Virus record (IMG/VR): IMGVR_UViG_2740892230_000036
Length of the DNA: 17,571 nt
Source: a virus
Taxonomy: Duplodnaviria; Heunggongvirae; Uroviricota; Caudoviricetes
Direction: 5' to 3' (one strand)
Every line of letters starts with the position of its first letter. The stretch's first letter is position 1. Of the stretch, positions 16,330 through 17,571 are shown piece by piece. Under the pieces are notes generated by a model, which worked only from the letters and a program-made list of their open reading frames with translations, searched no databases and was not told the DNA's origin. The position numbers and the translations under genes are program-made.

Positions 16330-17403
16330 ATGCGCCAGGAAACCCGCTTTAAATTTAATGCTTACCTGTCCCGTGTTGCCGAACTGAACGGCATCGACGC
16401 CGGTGATGTGTCGAAAAAATTCACCGTTGAACCGTCGGTCACCCAGACCCTGATGAACACCATGCAGGAGTCCTCTGACTTTCTGACCCGCATCAACATT
16501 GTGCCGGTCAGCGAAATGAAAGGGGAAAAAATTGGTATTGGTGTCACCGGCTCCATCGCCAGCACCACCGACACCGCCGGTGGCACCGAGCGTCAGCCGA
16601 AGGACTTCTCGAAGCTGGCGTCAAACAAGTACGAATGCGACCAGATTAACTTCGATTTTTATATCCGCTACAAAACGCTTGACCTGTGGGCGCGTTATCA
16701 GGATTTCCAGCTCCGTATCCGTAACGCCATTATCAAACGCCAGTCCCTTGATTTCATCATGGCCGGTTTTAACGGCGTGAAGCGTGCCGAAACCTCTGAC
16801 CGCAGCAGCAATCCGATGCTGCAGGATGTGGCGGTCGGCTGGCTGCAGAAATACCGCAATGAAGCCCCGGCGCGCGTGATGAGCAAGGTCACTGACGAGG
16901 AAGGTCACACGACCTCTGAGGTCATCCGCGTGGGTAAGGGCGGTGATTATGCCAGCCTCGATGCACTGGTGATGGATGCGACCAACAACCTGATTGAGCC
17001 GTGGTATCAGGAAGACCCTGACCTTGTGGTGATTGTGGGACGTCAGCTACTGGCGGACAAGTATTTCCCCATCGTCAACAAGGAGCAGGACAACAGCGAA
17101 ATGCTGGCCGCTGACGTCATCATCAGCCAGAAACGCATCGGTAACCTGCCGGCGGTACGCGTCCCGTACTTCCCGGCGGATGCGATGCTCATCACGAAGC
17201 TGGAAAACCTGTCCATCTACTACATGGATGACAGCCATCGCCGCGTGATTGTGGAAAACCCGAAACTCGACCGCGTGGAGAACTACGAGTCAATGAACAT
17301 TGATTACGTGGTGGAAGACTACGCCGCCGGTTGTCTGGTGGAAAAAATTAAGGTCGGTGATTTCTCCACACCGGCTAAGGCGACCGCAGAGCCGGGAGCG
17401 TAA
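16330..17403 (+). CDS. N: Major capsid protein N, 357 aa
   Basis: 357-aa ORF downstream of O, P2 N length and position. Confidence 0.93.
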   Translation: MRQETRFKFNAYLSRVAELNGIDAGDVSKKFTVEPSVTQTLMNTMQESSDFLTRINIVPVSEMKGEKIGIGVTGSIASTTDTAGGTERQPKDFSKLASNKYECDQINFDFYIRYKTLDLWARYQDFQLRIRNAIIKRQSLDFIMAGFNGVKRAETSDRSSNPMLQDVAVGWLQKYRNEAPARVMSKVTDEEGHTTSEVIRVGKGGDYASLDALVMDATNNLIEPWYQEDPDLVVIVGRQLLADKYFPIVNKEQDNSEMLAADVIISQKRIGNLPAVRVPYFPADAMLITKLENLSIYYMDDSHRRVIVENPKLDRVENYESMNIDYVVEDYAAGCLVEKIKVGDFSTPAKATAEPGA

Positions 17404-17406
17404 CCG

Positions 17407-17571
17407 ATGACGAGTCCCGCACAGCGCCACATGATGCGGGTCTCGGCAGCGATGACCGCGCAGCGGGAAGCCGCCCCGCTGCGACATGCAACTGTCTATG
17501 AGCAGATGCTGGTTAAGCTCGCCGCAGACCAGCGCACACTGAAAGCGATTTATTCAAAAGAGCTGAAGGCC
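17407..17571 (+). CDS. M: Terminase small (endonuclease) subunit M, N-terminal 55 codons; continues past the window
   Basis: ATG at 17407, 4 nt after the N stop, open to the window end (MTSPAQRHMMRV…); P2 M position. Confidence 0.8.
   Translation, partial: MTSPAQRHMMRVSAAMTAQREAAPLRHATVYEQMLVKLAADQRTLKAIYSKELKA

Larger units (their letters stand above)
619..17571. mobile_element. P2-like prophage (Peduovirus), int-proximal portion; continues past the window end
   Basis: Collinear P2 gene order with matching protein lengths: int(337) C(99) cox(91) orf78 B(166) orf80-83 A(761) orf91 … cos … Q(344) P(590) O(284) N(357) M. att core at left, cos sequence present. Confidence 0.93.

Noticed and set aside
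1-17571. CRISPR arrays or other long tandem repeat arrays
   Set aside because: No regularly spaced direct repeats of 25-40 bp anywhere; the only repeats seen are the short operator-like repeats in the switch and isolated hairpins.

Overview
This window is the int-proximal ~17 kb of an integrated P2-like (Peduovirus) prophage, in the standard P2 map orientation. Reading left to right: the 3' part of a BaeR-like response-regulator gene ending at an N-run (474-483); a short host flank; the 27-bp P2 att core (619-645); int and C on the minus strand; the Pe/Pc switch; the early operon cox-orf78-B-orf80-orf81-orf82-orf83-A-orf91 on the plus strand; a visibly AT-rich cargo island (~7.3-12.2 kb) where P2 carries tin/old; the 19-nt cos site (12249-12267); then late genes Q and P (minus) and O, N and the start of M (plus). 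Product calls for the P2 genes rest on my recollection of the P2 proteins and on matching lengths, not on a database search. The cargo island is the main finding. It holds two convergent two-gene operons sharing one terminator hairpin: (i) a 78-aa soluble protein plus a 253-aa protein with three N-terminal transmembrane helices, a pair I cannot assign to any family; and (ii) an AAA+ ATPase translationally coupled to a 754-aa S8 subtilase with an intact catalytic triad, resembling the IetAS-type ATPase/protease defence pair. No tRNA, rRNA or CRISPR array was found.
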